This document shows, piece after piece, positions 1 to 10,245 of a stretch of DNA of 64,000 nucleotides. The notes under the pieces were generated by a model, which saw nothing but the letters and a program-made list of their open reading frames with translations, did no database searches and was not told the origin of the DNA. Source of the stretch: Carcharhinus longimanus (lineage: Eukaryota); the NCBI GenBank assembly GCA_030264375.1, contig JASCQW010000162.1, positions 115,196,357-115,260,356 of the forward strand, read 5' to 3'. The translations under genes were made by a program, and so were the position numbers. Within the stretch, counting starts at the first letter, position 1; every line of letters starts with the position of its first letter.

Positions 1-509
1 AAGGGGCAGCTCTAATTTTACATTATGACATGCCATAAACAGTGACAAATGTTTGTGGAGACAAAATCACTCCTCCAAAAAACTTCGTACGGAAATCAAA
101 AATTATTTTCCTGCAACTCTTTGATCAAAAAGTTCCTCCGTCCCTATGTAAACATAGTATTGAAGTTTCGCACACCGTTCCTGTCTGCACAATGACAAAT
201 TTATTTGACATCCGCTCTCTTACAGCTGAATCAGAGTTTCTAGTACCTGCAAAGCCATGGCTGATGTAGTGTAAGACATACTAAAGGAAATCTGTGACGC
301 ACTCAGTACAATACATAAGTCTTTAGGTCCTGCAGTAATTCCTAGGGTCAAATTTATGAGAGAGAGCTGCTCTTTAGCCATGAGTAACCTGTAATTTCCT
401 CAAATATGTAGCCTATCCTTTTCCCAAAATGAAAAGGAAACCTGAATTTCTGGTTTATAAACCAATTGTGGACATAGTCTTAAAGCTGAGCAATAGTTTT
501 CAGTGGAAA

Positions 510-815
510 GGTGGCGTGGTTAGCACTGTTGCCTCACAGCACCAGAGAACTGGATTTGATTCTCGGCTTAGGTCACTGTCTGTGTAGAGTCTGCATGCTC
601 TCCCTTTATCTGTGTGGGTTTCCTCTGGGTGCTCCAGTTTTCTCCCACAATTCAAAAGACATGTTGGCTGGGTGTATTGGCCATGATAAATTCTCCTTCA
701 GTGTGCCCGAACAGGTGCCAGAGTGTGGCAACTAGGGGATTTTTCACAGTAACTTCATTTGCTGTGTTAATGTAAAGCTACTTGTGACACTAAAAATAAA
801 CATATAAACTTTAAA
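510..815 (+). mobile_element. tRNA-derived V-SINE/HE1-like SINE (tail type A: ...aatgtaagcctacttgtgacactaataaa)
   Basis: tRNA-like head (gtggttagcactgttgcctcacagc), central core (gtgggtttcctctgggtgctccagttttctcccaca) and A-rich tail; related copies at 8348, 39833 and 51470. Confidence 0.8.
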
Positions 816-841
816 TTATCTCTCTGATAGGATGAACACAT

Positions 842-1036
842 GATGTGGAGATGCCAGCATTGGACTGGGGTAAACACAGTAAGAAGTCTCTCAACACTGG
901 ATTAAAGTTCAACAGGTTTATTTGGTAGTAAACACCACTAGCTTTAGGAACGCTGTTCCTTTGTCAGGTGAGTGGAAAGTTCTGATCCCAAACAGGGCAT
1001 ATAAAGGCGCACACAGTTTACAGAATACTGATTAGA
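842..1036 (-). mobile_element. Penelope-like element (PLE) 3' end/pseudo-LTR fragment with degenerate hammerhead motif
   Basis: Reverse complement matches the 3' end of the GIY-YIG element at 4330-4498; degenerate core at 935-971 (CTGACAA...TAAAGCTA on - strand). Confidence 0.75.
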
Positions 1037-1092
1037 ACATAGAACATACAGCGCGGAACAGGCCCTTCGGCCCACAATGTTGCGCCGACCAG
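1036..1092 (-). mobile_element. CR1-type LINE/SINE 3' tail fragment
   Basis: catagaacatacagcgcggaacaggcccttcggcccac is the reverse complement of the tail type seen at 4790-4822. Confidence 0.6.
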
Positions 1093-1229
1093 TCTTATTA
1101 TTTAAAAAAAAACATCATATTGCCATCATAGCTTCATGGTTTATTGCCATCATAGCTTCATGTTAGCATTGTAAATGATATTGTAAACATTAGTTCTGAA
1201 CATAATTCCTATTATAGCATCTTCAATAC

Positions 1230-1403
1230 CTTGTTTTTGTCTTGGGTGTCGACTTCTCCTGGAGCCATAAATTTTAGCAGCAAAGCCAAAAACTTAGGGC
1301 TTTTGTGACGAGTAGCCAAATGAAGCGGAGTCATCTCCTCGAGATCCTTCTGCATCCAGTTGGCATGTCGACTAAGCAACAGCTTCATGAAGCGATAATT
1401 TCC
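1230..1403 (-). CDS. INVS: Single internal coding exon of inversin (ankyrin-repeat region)
   Basis: 174-nt phase 0/0 exon with AG acceptor (ct at 1404-1405) and GT donor (ac at 1228-1229); encodes GNYRFMKLLLSRHANWMQKDLEEMTPLHLATRHKSPKFLALLLKFMAPGEVDTQDKNK, nearly identical to the vertebrate inversin sequence as recalled. No other INVS exon recognised in the window. Confidence 0.88.
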
Positions 1404-1874
1404 CTGTCCGTACAGGAGAAAAAGTAACAAGGTTTATTTTTGGGAACTTGCTTTTATAATCAAGAAATCACTGATGGTTAAAAATAAGCTTCTACATGGC
1501 TGAATGGGTGGCAGAGGTAATTGAATAAATGAATTGAATAACAATTATAAGATTGAGTTTTAATTGTATTCAGTTGGAGGACTGCATTAGCATCTCAGTG
1601 GATTGTTGAATTGCATTATGTTGCACCTTATACTAAGGTGATTCAAAGACAGTGAACCGACAAAGTCTTTGATGCAATAGACTCAAACATCTGTGGTGCA
1701 TCTACAGTGTCAGTTGAATGTAATAAGCCATGCAGGTAAGCAATTTTGGGCGGAAATGTCAGGCATTCATCCAGAAGAATAGCAGTAGACAAGGGGCCAT
1801 GGCAATTAACTAAAAACTAGTGGGAGCGCTACTAATTCATTCCAGAAATTCCTGAACTCTGTCATCCAATCAGA

Positions 1875-2467
1875 AATCTGGACCGCGATTCTCCCATCGC
1901 GACCTGCAACTTTTCTTGAGGACCGCTCCTCCAGAGTGGGAGATGCGCATCGCCGGCCTTGTTCAGGGATTTGTGCACGCGCTGGCAATGCATACGCATC
2001 TCCCAGAGCCTAAGAACAGTCGCCAGTCAGACCATGCTGGCAACTGGCGTGTAGGCAGGTAAGCAATTTGAATCTTAGTAAAATATATTTTAAGTATGTT
2101 TTTAATGTGATTATCAGGAACTTTCAGGTTGCAATTGAATTTTCCACCCAAGAGTACTTCATTCTGGCAGGGTTTAAACTAGCTCCTCCCATTCGGGGAA
2201 CTAGCGGGAGACTCTGCCAGAATGAAGGGGGGTGCAATCAGGGCTCCCCGGGGGTCAGGCGATGTGGGGGGTGCCCCCAGGACATGAGCACTCTGGCAGA
2301 GCCAACCTGTGCCCCCTAGCACTGTCCAAGGGGCAAAGTGCTCATGCCCAGAGGCACCTTGGCACTGCCCACCAGGCATTGGGCAGGGGGCTCCTGTGGG
2401 CAGGGGTTAGGGGGGGGGTCCCGCTGCCACTCTGTGGACAGGATTGGTCTGGAATGGAGGGAGGACA
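1875..2467. repeat. GC-rich interspersed repeat (probable non-autonomous DNA-transposon-like family), truncated by gap
   Basis: Starts gcgattctccc with internal hairpins; similar GC-rich segments at ~6355-6960, ~59850-60460 and ~61445-61900. Confidence 0.4.
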
Positions 2468-2847
2468 NNNNNNNNNNNNNNNNNNNNNNNNNNNNNNNNN
2501 NNNNNNNNNNNNNNNNNNNNNNNNNNNNNNNNNNNNNNNNNNNNNNNNNNNNNNNNNNNNNNNNNNNNNNNNNNNNNNNNNNNNNNNNNNNNNNNNNNNN
2601 NNNNNNNNNNNNNNNNNNNNNNNNNNNNNNNNNNNNNNNNNNNNNNNNNNNNNNNNNNNNNNNNNNNNNNNNNNNNNNNNNNNNNNNNNNNNNNNNNNNN
2701 NNNNNNNNNNNNNNNNNNNNNNNNNNNNNNNNNNNNNNNNNNNNNNNNNNNNNNNNNNNNNNNNNNNNNNNNNNNNNNNNNNNNNNNNNNNNNNNNNNNN
2801 NNNNNNNNNNNNNNNNNNNNNNNNNNNNNNNNNNNNNNNNNNNNNNN
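2468..2847. other. Assembly gap (380 N); other gaps at 8867-8966, 12336-12345, 13280-13373, 17934-18033, 44054-44153, 62947-63046
   Basis: N runs seen directly. Confidence 0.99.
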
Positions 2848-3766
2848 TTCTGTTCACAAACAGGGCACATAAAGACACAAACTCAATTTACAAAATAATG
2901 GTTGGAATGCAAATCTTTACAGGTCTTAAAGGTACAAACAATGTGAGTGGAGAGAGGGTTAAGCACAGGTTGAAGAGACATGTATTGTCTCCAGCGAGGG
3001 CAGTTAGTGAGATTTTGCAAGCCCAGGCAAGTTGTGGCGGTTACAGATAGTGTGACATGAACCCCAGATCCTGGTTGAGGCCGTCCTCATGTGTGTGGAA
3101 CTTGGTTATCAGTCTCTGCTCAGTGACTCTGTGTTGTCGTGTGTCGTGAAGGCTGCCTTGGAGAACGCTTACCCGAAGATCAGAGGTCGAATGCCCCTGA
3201 CCGCTGAAGTGTTCCCCAAAGGGAAGAGAACACTCTTGCCTGGTGATTGTCAAGCGATGTTCATTCATCCATTGCCGTAGCATCTGCATGGTCTCCCCAA
3301 TGTACATGTTTCAGACATCCTTTCCTGTGGCGTATCAGGTAGACAACATTGCTGCAAGTGTGTGTACCATGTACTTGGTGGATGGTGTTCTCATGTGAGA
3401 TGATGGCATCCGTGTCGATGATCCAGCATGTCTTGCAGAAGTTGCTGTGGCATCGTGGTTACGGTTCTCCTGAAGGCTGGGTAGTTTGCTGCGGACAATG
3501 GTCTGTTTGAGGTTGTACAGTTGTTTGAAGGCAAGAAGTGGGGGTGTGGGAATGGCCCTGTGAGATGTTTGCCTTCATCAATGACACACAGACTCCGGAG
3601 AAGATGCCATAGCTTCTCCCCTCTGGGGAAGTAAGTACTGGACGACGAAGGGTACTCTGTTCACCATGTCCCGTGTTTGTCTTCTGAGGAGGTTGGTGCA
3701 GTTTTTCACTGCGGTGTGTTGGAACAGTCAATTGATGAGTCGAGCGCCATATCCTGCTCTTATGAG
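2848..3766 (-). mobile_element. Penelope-like retroelement fragment (RT-EN linker, GIY-YIG endonuclease, 3'UTR), decayed
   Basis: - strand encodes RVPFVVQY (linker) and YIGETMQMLRQWMNEH...GEHFS...EQRLITKFHTHEDGLNQD (GIY-YIG C-terminal half), with frameshifts. Confidence 0.88.
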
Positions 3767-4498
3767 GGCAATCTCCAAGACATGCTGGATCATCGACATA
3801 GATGCCATCATCTCGCGTGAGAACACCATCCACCAGGTATGTGGCACAAATTCTTGCAACACGGCCAATGTTGTCTACCTGATACGCTGCAGGAAAGGAT
3901 GTCCCAAGGCATGGTACGTTGGGGAGACCATGCAGACGCTACGACAACGGATGAATGAACACCGCTCAACAGTCACCAGGCAAGATTGTTCCCTTCCTGT
4001 TGGCGAACACTTCAGTGGTCACAGGCGTTTGGCCTCTGACCTCCTTTGAGTAAACATTCCCCAAGGCAGCCTTCACGACATACGACAGCTCAGAGTCACT
4101 GAGCGGAAACTGATAGCCAAGTTCCGCAAACATGAGGACGGCCTCAACCAGGATCTTGGGTTCATGTCACACTATCTGTAACCCCCATAACTTGCCTGAA
4201 CTTGCAACATCTCACTCACTCACTATCCTGTCTAGAGATAATACACATCTCTTTAATCTATACTTAATGCTATCTTCACTCTCATTGTCTGCACCTTTTA
4301 AGACTTGAATGGCAGATTAGCAGTAAAGACTTGCATTCTAATCAGACTCGTATTCTGCAAACTGCATGTGCCTTTATATGCCCTGTTTGGGATCAGAACT
4401 CTCCACTCACCTGACGAAGGGACAGTGCTCCAAAAGCTAGTGGTGGTTACTACCAAATAAACCTGTTGGATTTTAACCTGGTGTTGAGATTTCTTACT
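3767..4498 (+). mobile_element. Penelope-like retroelement fragment (GIY-YIG, 3'UTR, hammerhead motif), inverted relative to the 2848-3766 copy
   Basis: KTCWIID...NVVYLIRCRKGCPKAWYVGETMQTLRQRMNEH...GEHFS; 3' end carries tcac-CTGACGA-...-AAAGCTA-gtgg at 4407-4443. Confidence 0.88.
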
Positions 4499-4499
4499 C

Positions 4500-4822
4500 G
4501 GATGAACGCACACAGCCTTATTTCTAGGGTAGGGAAATTCTAAACTAGAAGGCATAGGTTTAAGGTGAGAGGTGAAAGATTTAAAAGGGGCCTGAGGGGC
4601 AACTTTACTCAGAGGGTGGTGCGTTGGTGGAATGAGCTACCAGAGAAAGTGGTTGGGTCAGGTTCAGGTTCAATAGCAACATTTAAAATGCATTTGGGTA
4701 AGTACATGGATGGCAAAGGATTAGAGGGATATGGGCCAAATGTTGACAATTGGGACTAGCTTCGATGACATCTTGGTTGGCATGGACTGAAGGGCCTGTT
4801 TCTGCGCTGTATTGCTCTATGA
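4500..4822 (+). mobile_element. CR1-clade LINE 3' end (ORF2 C-terminus plus tail)
   Basis: actagaaggcataggtttaaggtgagagg / RGERFKRGLRGNFTQRVVRWWNELPE; tail gggcctgtttctgcgctgtattgctctatg. Confidence 0.85.
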
Positions 4823-5229
4823 CAAGATTGTCGTTTCTCGACCTGTCTCAACTGATTCCGTGATTTACGTGAACGTAGACTTTTAAAATTTCACTACCAG
4901 CTAGCTTTGGTTTGAAAATATGAAGAGGACTTGTTGAAAGCAACCTGAATGGGAATCCTGACCTTGTTTTTAAACAAACACTTGCTTTTAATAATCGAAA
5001 AGGGTATGAATTATAAAGTTGCAGATACATCTATTTGTTGTGTCTCTGCTATATTCCCTCTAGGTTGTGCTGCTGCGCACCTTCTGTGGTTCCAATTTCA
5101 AATGTTACTCTAAACCCAGATGCTTTCTGTTGTTTCTTTTGCCTCTTTTAAGAGCAAAGGTTTACAAAGTGCTTACTTCTAGGTGGATAATATTTCACTG
5201 TTCCATCCCCATAGTGATTTTTTTTATAT

Positions 5230-5610
5230 AATTGAAAATGCTGGATATGTAAAATACCACTATCATCAGGCAAAGCTCAAATGTTGGTAAAATTCAGCAG
5301 GTCAGGCAACATCTGTGGCAAGAGAAAACATTTTCTCAGCTCTTTCATCAGAGCTGAGAAAAGTTAGAAATATAACCGGTTTTAAGCAAGTACAGTGAAG
5401 GGGCGAGGAGGGAGGCGAGGAAAGAACAAAAGGAAAGATCTGTGACAGGGGAAGGATTAAATGACAAAAGGAATGGTATTAATGCCACCATCAATTGGGA
5501 GGTGGGGAGAACTGTCATTAAAGTGGGAAACTGTTTTGCGTTCTCCAATGAAGAAAAGGTCAGCTCATCAGGAAAGGGAGGAAATGTCGCATCAAAAATC
5601 TGTTAAAGAA
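5230..5610 (-). mobile_element. Old PLE-type terminal fragment (second family); related copy at 46260-46365
   Basis: cagcaggtcaggcaacatctgtgg...agagaaaac...ctttcatcag; CTGATGA on the - strand. Confidence 0.5.
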
Positions 5611-5654
5611 AATGGTTGAAAGCACAGAAACCTTTTTTTTTAAAAAACGTGGAT

Positions 5655-6000
5655 CTGCAGCTAAATGCATGGCCCAGTGAGGACATGAACCATACAAACC
5701 AAGGAAGGTCAAAGGTTCAATCTATAGTCTGTGTTGAGGTAACTTATCTTAGTCCAGGCAATAGACAGCTGGTCCCAATGCCCCTGAGCTACGAAGAGGA
5801 AGAAAACTAGCCAAGGTTCTTGCTCCAGATTGCTATCCAGTAATCACTAGCAGGGACGTATGTGTGCGTATGGATGTCAGCTGATGGGAGGATTGGGTTG
5901 AGCTTCGATCATGATCAAGCAGTCTGACAGCACTCACTATCTTAATTTGTGCAGAGAATAGCTGCTTTGAGTGAAGTATTTGAAATGTGGTTGACATCTG
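5655..6000 (+). repeat. Ancient SINE-like dispersed repeat; related pieces at ~20430-20690, ~29570-29660, ~30940-31010
   Basis: Shared motif 'tgagccatacagac...ggttcaatc...tctgtgctgagttagctgat' in several degenerate copies. Confidence 0.45.
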
Positions 6001-6481
6001 TTGGATAAGCAGAAGTTATTTATCGAGCAATTTTTAACCCTGAGTTCAAAATGCATTTTAAAAAAAAAAGTAAGATGTCTTTGTAAGCCTGGGATAAAGC
6101 ATTAACTTATATCCATTGGATTTCTTCCTGGATTTTTTATTTTTGGATTCTGGAAGAGTCACTGGGTAATCAAGCAGGAACCTTGATTTTATTTTTCCCA
6201 TCACTCCCCACTTGTTCCCACCAAGCCCAAAGCACTATTGGCAGCTCAGGATATAGACTATCTTATTGATAGCAACATTATGATTTAGCTGGGAAGGTTT
6301 CCTTTGCTTTTGTTAGGACTTTGTTTATTTTGGCTGCCCCTAGTTTGATTAGACCCTATGGGCTGAATTTTATGCTCATCCACTGGTGGGTTTGAGGGTG
6401 GGGTGGGTGGGGACAGCATGCGAAAGCCAGTGAGTGGTTTTCCCATTGTCTATCCACCCGCCCTGACCCTATCTGATTTGC

Positions 6482-6705
6482 GACGTGGAGTTGCTGGTGT
6501 TGGAGTGGGGTAGACCCAGTAAGTAGTTTCTCAATATCAGGTTAACGTCCAGGTTTATTTGGTAGTACAAGCTTTCAGAGTGCTGCTCTTTCATCAGCTG
6601 AGCCTCAAGTGTGGCACTCGTCTAATGAAGGAGCAGCACTCCAAAAGCTCGTGTTACCAAATAAACCGGTTGGACTTTAACCTGGTGTTGTGAGACTACT
6701 CCCTG
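6482..6705. mobile_element. Hairpin-shaped non-autonomous PLE-derived insertion with TSD
   Basis: Two PLE ends in inverted orientation; flanking direct repeat tatctgattt at 6470-6479 and 6706-6715. Confidence 0.75.
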
Positions 6706-7654
6706 TATCTGATTTACAGGGGGCAGGGTTGTGTTTGGCCTGCCCACCCTGACCTATTGAGCCTCAAAAGTGGCCAATTAATGTCTACTATGGGTATTTC
6801 ACATGTGGCGGGTGAAAACCCTTTCTTTGCAGAAAGCCTGGCAGCTTTAGCTGTACCGACTGGCATTGGGAAAGGAGGGGGTCATCCTTTGTAGGCTCCT
6901 TACATTCATCGAGGCGCCCTTTTGAAACCGTAATTCCTCCCTCCAACACTTCTGACTAAGATGGGAGGAGTGCACTGTCTGTTGCTGGTTTCACTACTCC
7001 ATGGTCATTACACATGTTCAAATGATTTCTCCAGCTAGTTGCAAGGCCAAATATATGCTTTACCCATGAATCTCAGAATAACCACTCTGTGTCCAGGTTT
7101 CTTCAATAAGCAATTAAATTATTGACTTATATAATACCACACTTTTCAAGTAGAAAGGCGAAGCCCATAAACATGAAAGTATGAAAATATAATAATAATC
7201 CACTGACTCTCTCACACACCAAAACAGATAATTAAAGAAAGTAGCAGAATTCTGCCAAAAAAGGTTAAAAGTCAATGTGTCAAGGGAAAAGGATAGATGG
7301 AATCCTTGAAATGGCACCAAGGTTATATGGCTGGTTTCTCATGACCCTTGTACTACTATTCAGGTGGATTTGAGAAAAGTTCACAAGACAGTCGATTTCA
7401 GAAAGTAGAGCGATTTTGGAGCAAATCCATTCACTCTCTGCTTTGGAACTGGCTCTGAAGTTTCAGGAGCTGATGTGCTCTTTGCCAAAGCAGTTGACTA
7501 TTTTTCCACTCGACCAAAACCCAGCTTCTGAACAGTTTTCCAGGCATTTTATCTCTTTCGAAGCCATAAATCGCCATGTGACCCTTTTGTAAAACAGTCC
7601 ATAAAATTTCCAGCTTCTTTTAAACTACCTAATTACCTTTTTATGTAAAACTCT

Positions 7655-7926
7655 GTCTATTCATAGAATCCCTACAGTGCAGAAAGAGGCCATTTGGCCT
7701 GTCGAGCCAGCATCGACAACAATACCACCCAGGCTTATCCCTGTAACCCCACACATTTACCCTGCTAATCCCCTTGGTACTACCAACCCACCTTACCTGC
7801 AATCTTTGGAGTGTGGGAAGAAACCAGAGCACCCGGAGGCAGACATGGGGAAATTCACACCGTCACCTGAGCCCAGAATTGAACCCGGGTCCCTGGCACT
7901 GCAAAGCACTGTGCCACCGTGCTGCC
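7655..7926 (-). mobile_element. HE1-like SINE (tail type B, CR1-shared tail)
   Basis: catagaatccctacagtgcagaaagaggccatt...gtgggaagaaaccagagcacccggagg...gaattgaacccgggtccctggc...ctgtgccaccgtgctgccc. Confidence 0.8.
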
Positions 7927-8347
7927 CGAGGAATACCAGCATCCTTACAATAACCCTCTAAAGGATAGCAGCTGAAATTCTCCAACCTTGCCCATGATTG
8001 GGATTCGCCAAACCTGCTGCAGTGAATGGAGTTTGGCTGAGTGCCAAATTCTCCGTCCGTGCTGGCAGCGGTGGTGGGGTGAATGGGACTGGAGAATCTT
8101 CATCATTGTTTTCTATTTTAAAAAAAACACCAGTTCTTCCAAAATGTTCTTAGTCCTTGAAGATGAACTATTTTTCATGAGTAAAATGTTTATGACACTT
8201 CCTAGTGTCGTCTTGAACTAGCCCTACCCCTCCACTGCAACATCCCTTCCTCAGCCCAAATTACTTACTTGTCCTCTTTGGTGTGGTTGGTGCTCTGCTG
8301 GCCCAACTACAGAACTGTTGGCCATCCAATAGGCTGGCAGTTCTCCC

Positions 8348-8642
8348 TACAGTGGTTAACACTGCTGCCTTACAGAACCAGGGACCCGGGTGTAATTCCA
8401 GGCTTGGGTCATGACTGTGCAGAGTCTGCACATTCTCCTGTGTCTGCATGGGTCTCCTCCGGGTGCTCCGGTTTCCTCCTACAGTCTGAAAGACGTGCTG
8501 GTTAGGTGCATTTGTTATGCTAAATTCTCTCTCTGTGTACCTGAACAGGTGCCTGAGTGTGGTGACTAGGGACTTTTCACAGTAACTTCATTGCAATATT
8601 AATGTAAGCCTGCTTGTGACACTAATAAGTAAACTTAAACTA
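8348..8642 (+). mobile_element. V-SINE/HE1-like SINE (tail type A)
   Basis: Same head, core and tail as 510-815. Confidence 0.8.
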
Positions 8643-10245
8643 TGGCAGGACTTCCTTCTGAGTCTCACCTTGCATTACTCCCGACATTAAGTTGCTTTGG
8701 GGCAGCCATTTAGCCTGGTGAGGGGTTAGCTGGGATCACGGCACTCTATCAAATCCAGCCCTTTTGTTTCTTCCCTATATTAGTGGTGTCCTAAAAGGGA
8801 CACTTGTAATGATTCTTTCAGTGATTCTGAGACAACCTACTGGTGCACCAAAAAGGTCCAGTCCAGNNNNNNNNNNNNNNNNNNNNNNNNNNNNNNNNNN
8901 NNNNNNNNNNNNNNNNNNNNNNNNNNNNNNNNNNNNNNNNNNNNNNNNNNNNNNNNNNNNNNNNNNTGCACCAAAAAGGTCCAGTCCAGAAGCACCGGAG
9001 ACAATTGTAGTGTTTCTACAATAGCCTGCCTGATGCCATTTTACTCAGCACAGGCAGGGATTGAACTCTTGTCATCTTGCTCTATATATCAGCTACTCAT
9101 TGGATGATCCTGTTGGATCAATGTTGGTGTCCGAGTGATTCAGTGACAACAATGTTCAAAAGCTTTAGGTCTGAGCCTAAGGGATGTGAGCGTACCTCCT
9201 AATGGTGATTTGGGAATCTCACGATTCGGAGTCAATGCGAAATTGAATCCATACTTTATGTAGTGGTCTTTCCATCAATGGTTTGACGCACATCTTGATC
9301 TAGCAGCTCTCTGTATAAATGCCAGGAGATACAGCACAACTCTGGGCCATTTTGACACTATCCATTTGTTACCCATTCAAAAAGGCTCCATCTATGTGAT
9401 ATGCGTGCATAGTGAGTTTGTATTTTAATTTTCATTACAACCAGCTCAACAAATTCTGTTTAATTCTGTTCTATAGCTATCATGATATCAAACCAGTGGA
9501 ATCAGTATTTCAGAAGATTCTGATGGCAAAAATCAGAAAATGCCAGATTGCTTTTTTTCTCTTTTTTAGTTTTTGTTTGTACTTTGACGCCCCCAGCGCC
9601 TGCCCGCATGCATTGAAAACAATAGTTTGGTATCACCTGCTGGAGGAAGACTTTTTAAACAGAAGTAAAATTTGAATAATGTATTTTAAAATGAGCTAAA
9701 ACTGTATTTCAGTAGATATGCTTTGTTGGTCATTTAGACAAAGTCAAGTTTAGTAATTCTGTGCTTTGGCCACTGGACACAGTGAAAGGGCAATGCAGCT
9801 CACTGTCACAGATGCATGGCTGTGGTTGCAACTCTTTCGGTTACACCTCAAGGGCGAGTTAGTGGCAGAGGCCGGTTCCTTACAGGTATTTGGATGCAAC
9901 TGCATACCTGACCTTTTGGTAACAAACTGTTTTGCAGGAATAGTCTAGGGCGGGATGGGCTCAGAGATAAAATAATAAATTCGGAAAAAAATTACACATA
10001 GTCCAATAAAAATATTGGATCAAGCTTGTGCCTGCCTGTAACTTGAAATATTTCCAAGTAGGTGTAATCGTTATGCAGTCCCACCACAACTCCTTGTTCA
10101 TGGTTGTACTTGTTTACTTGCAAAATGTGAAAAGCCCCAGAGTTAATATATTGCAAGTCATCAAGCGTACAAAAAAAGTATACTTTCTATTCGCTCATCT
10201 GTGTGTATTTTGTGACAGAAAATCTCTTTTGTAAGTGAGATTCTT

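Noticed and set aside
510-580. tRNA-like sequences at SINE heads
   Set aside because: Degenerate A/B boxes continuous with the SINE body; no complete cloverleaf
1118-1162. 21-bp tandem duplication tattgccatcatagcttcatg
   Set aside because: Ordinary local slippage duplication in an intron; no further structure
2232-3050. Long ORFs with X runs
   Set aside because: Artefacts of translating across the N gap
8844-8989. 23-bp direct repeat flanking a 100-N gap
   Set aside because: Unmerged contig overlap, not a biological repeat
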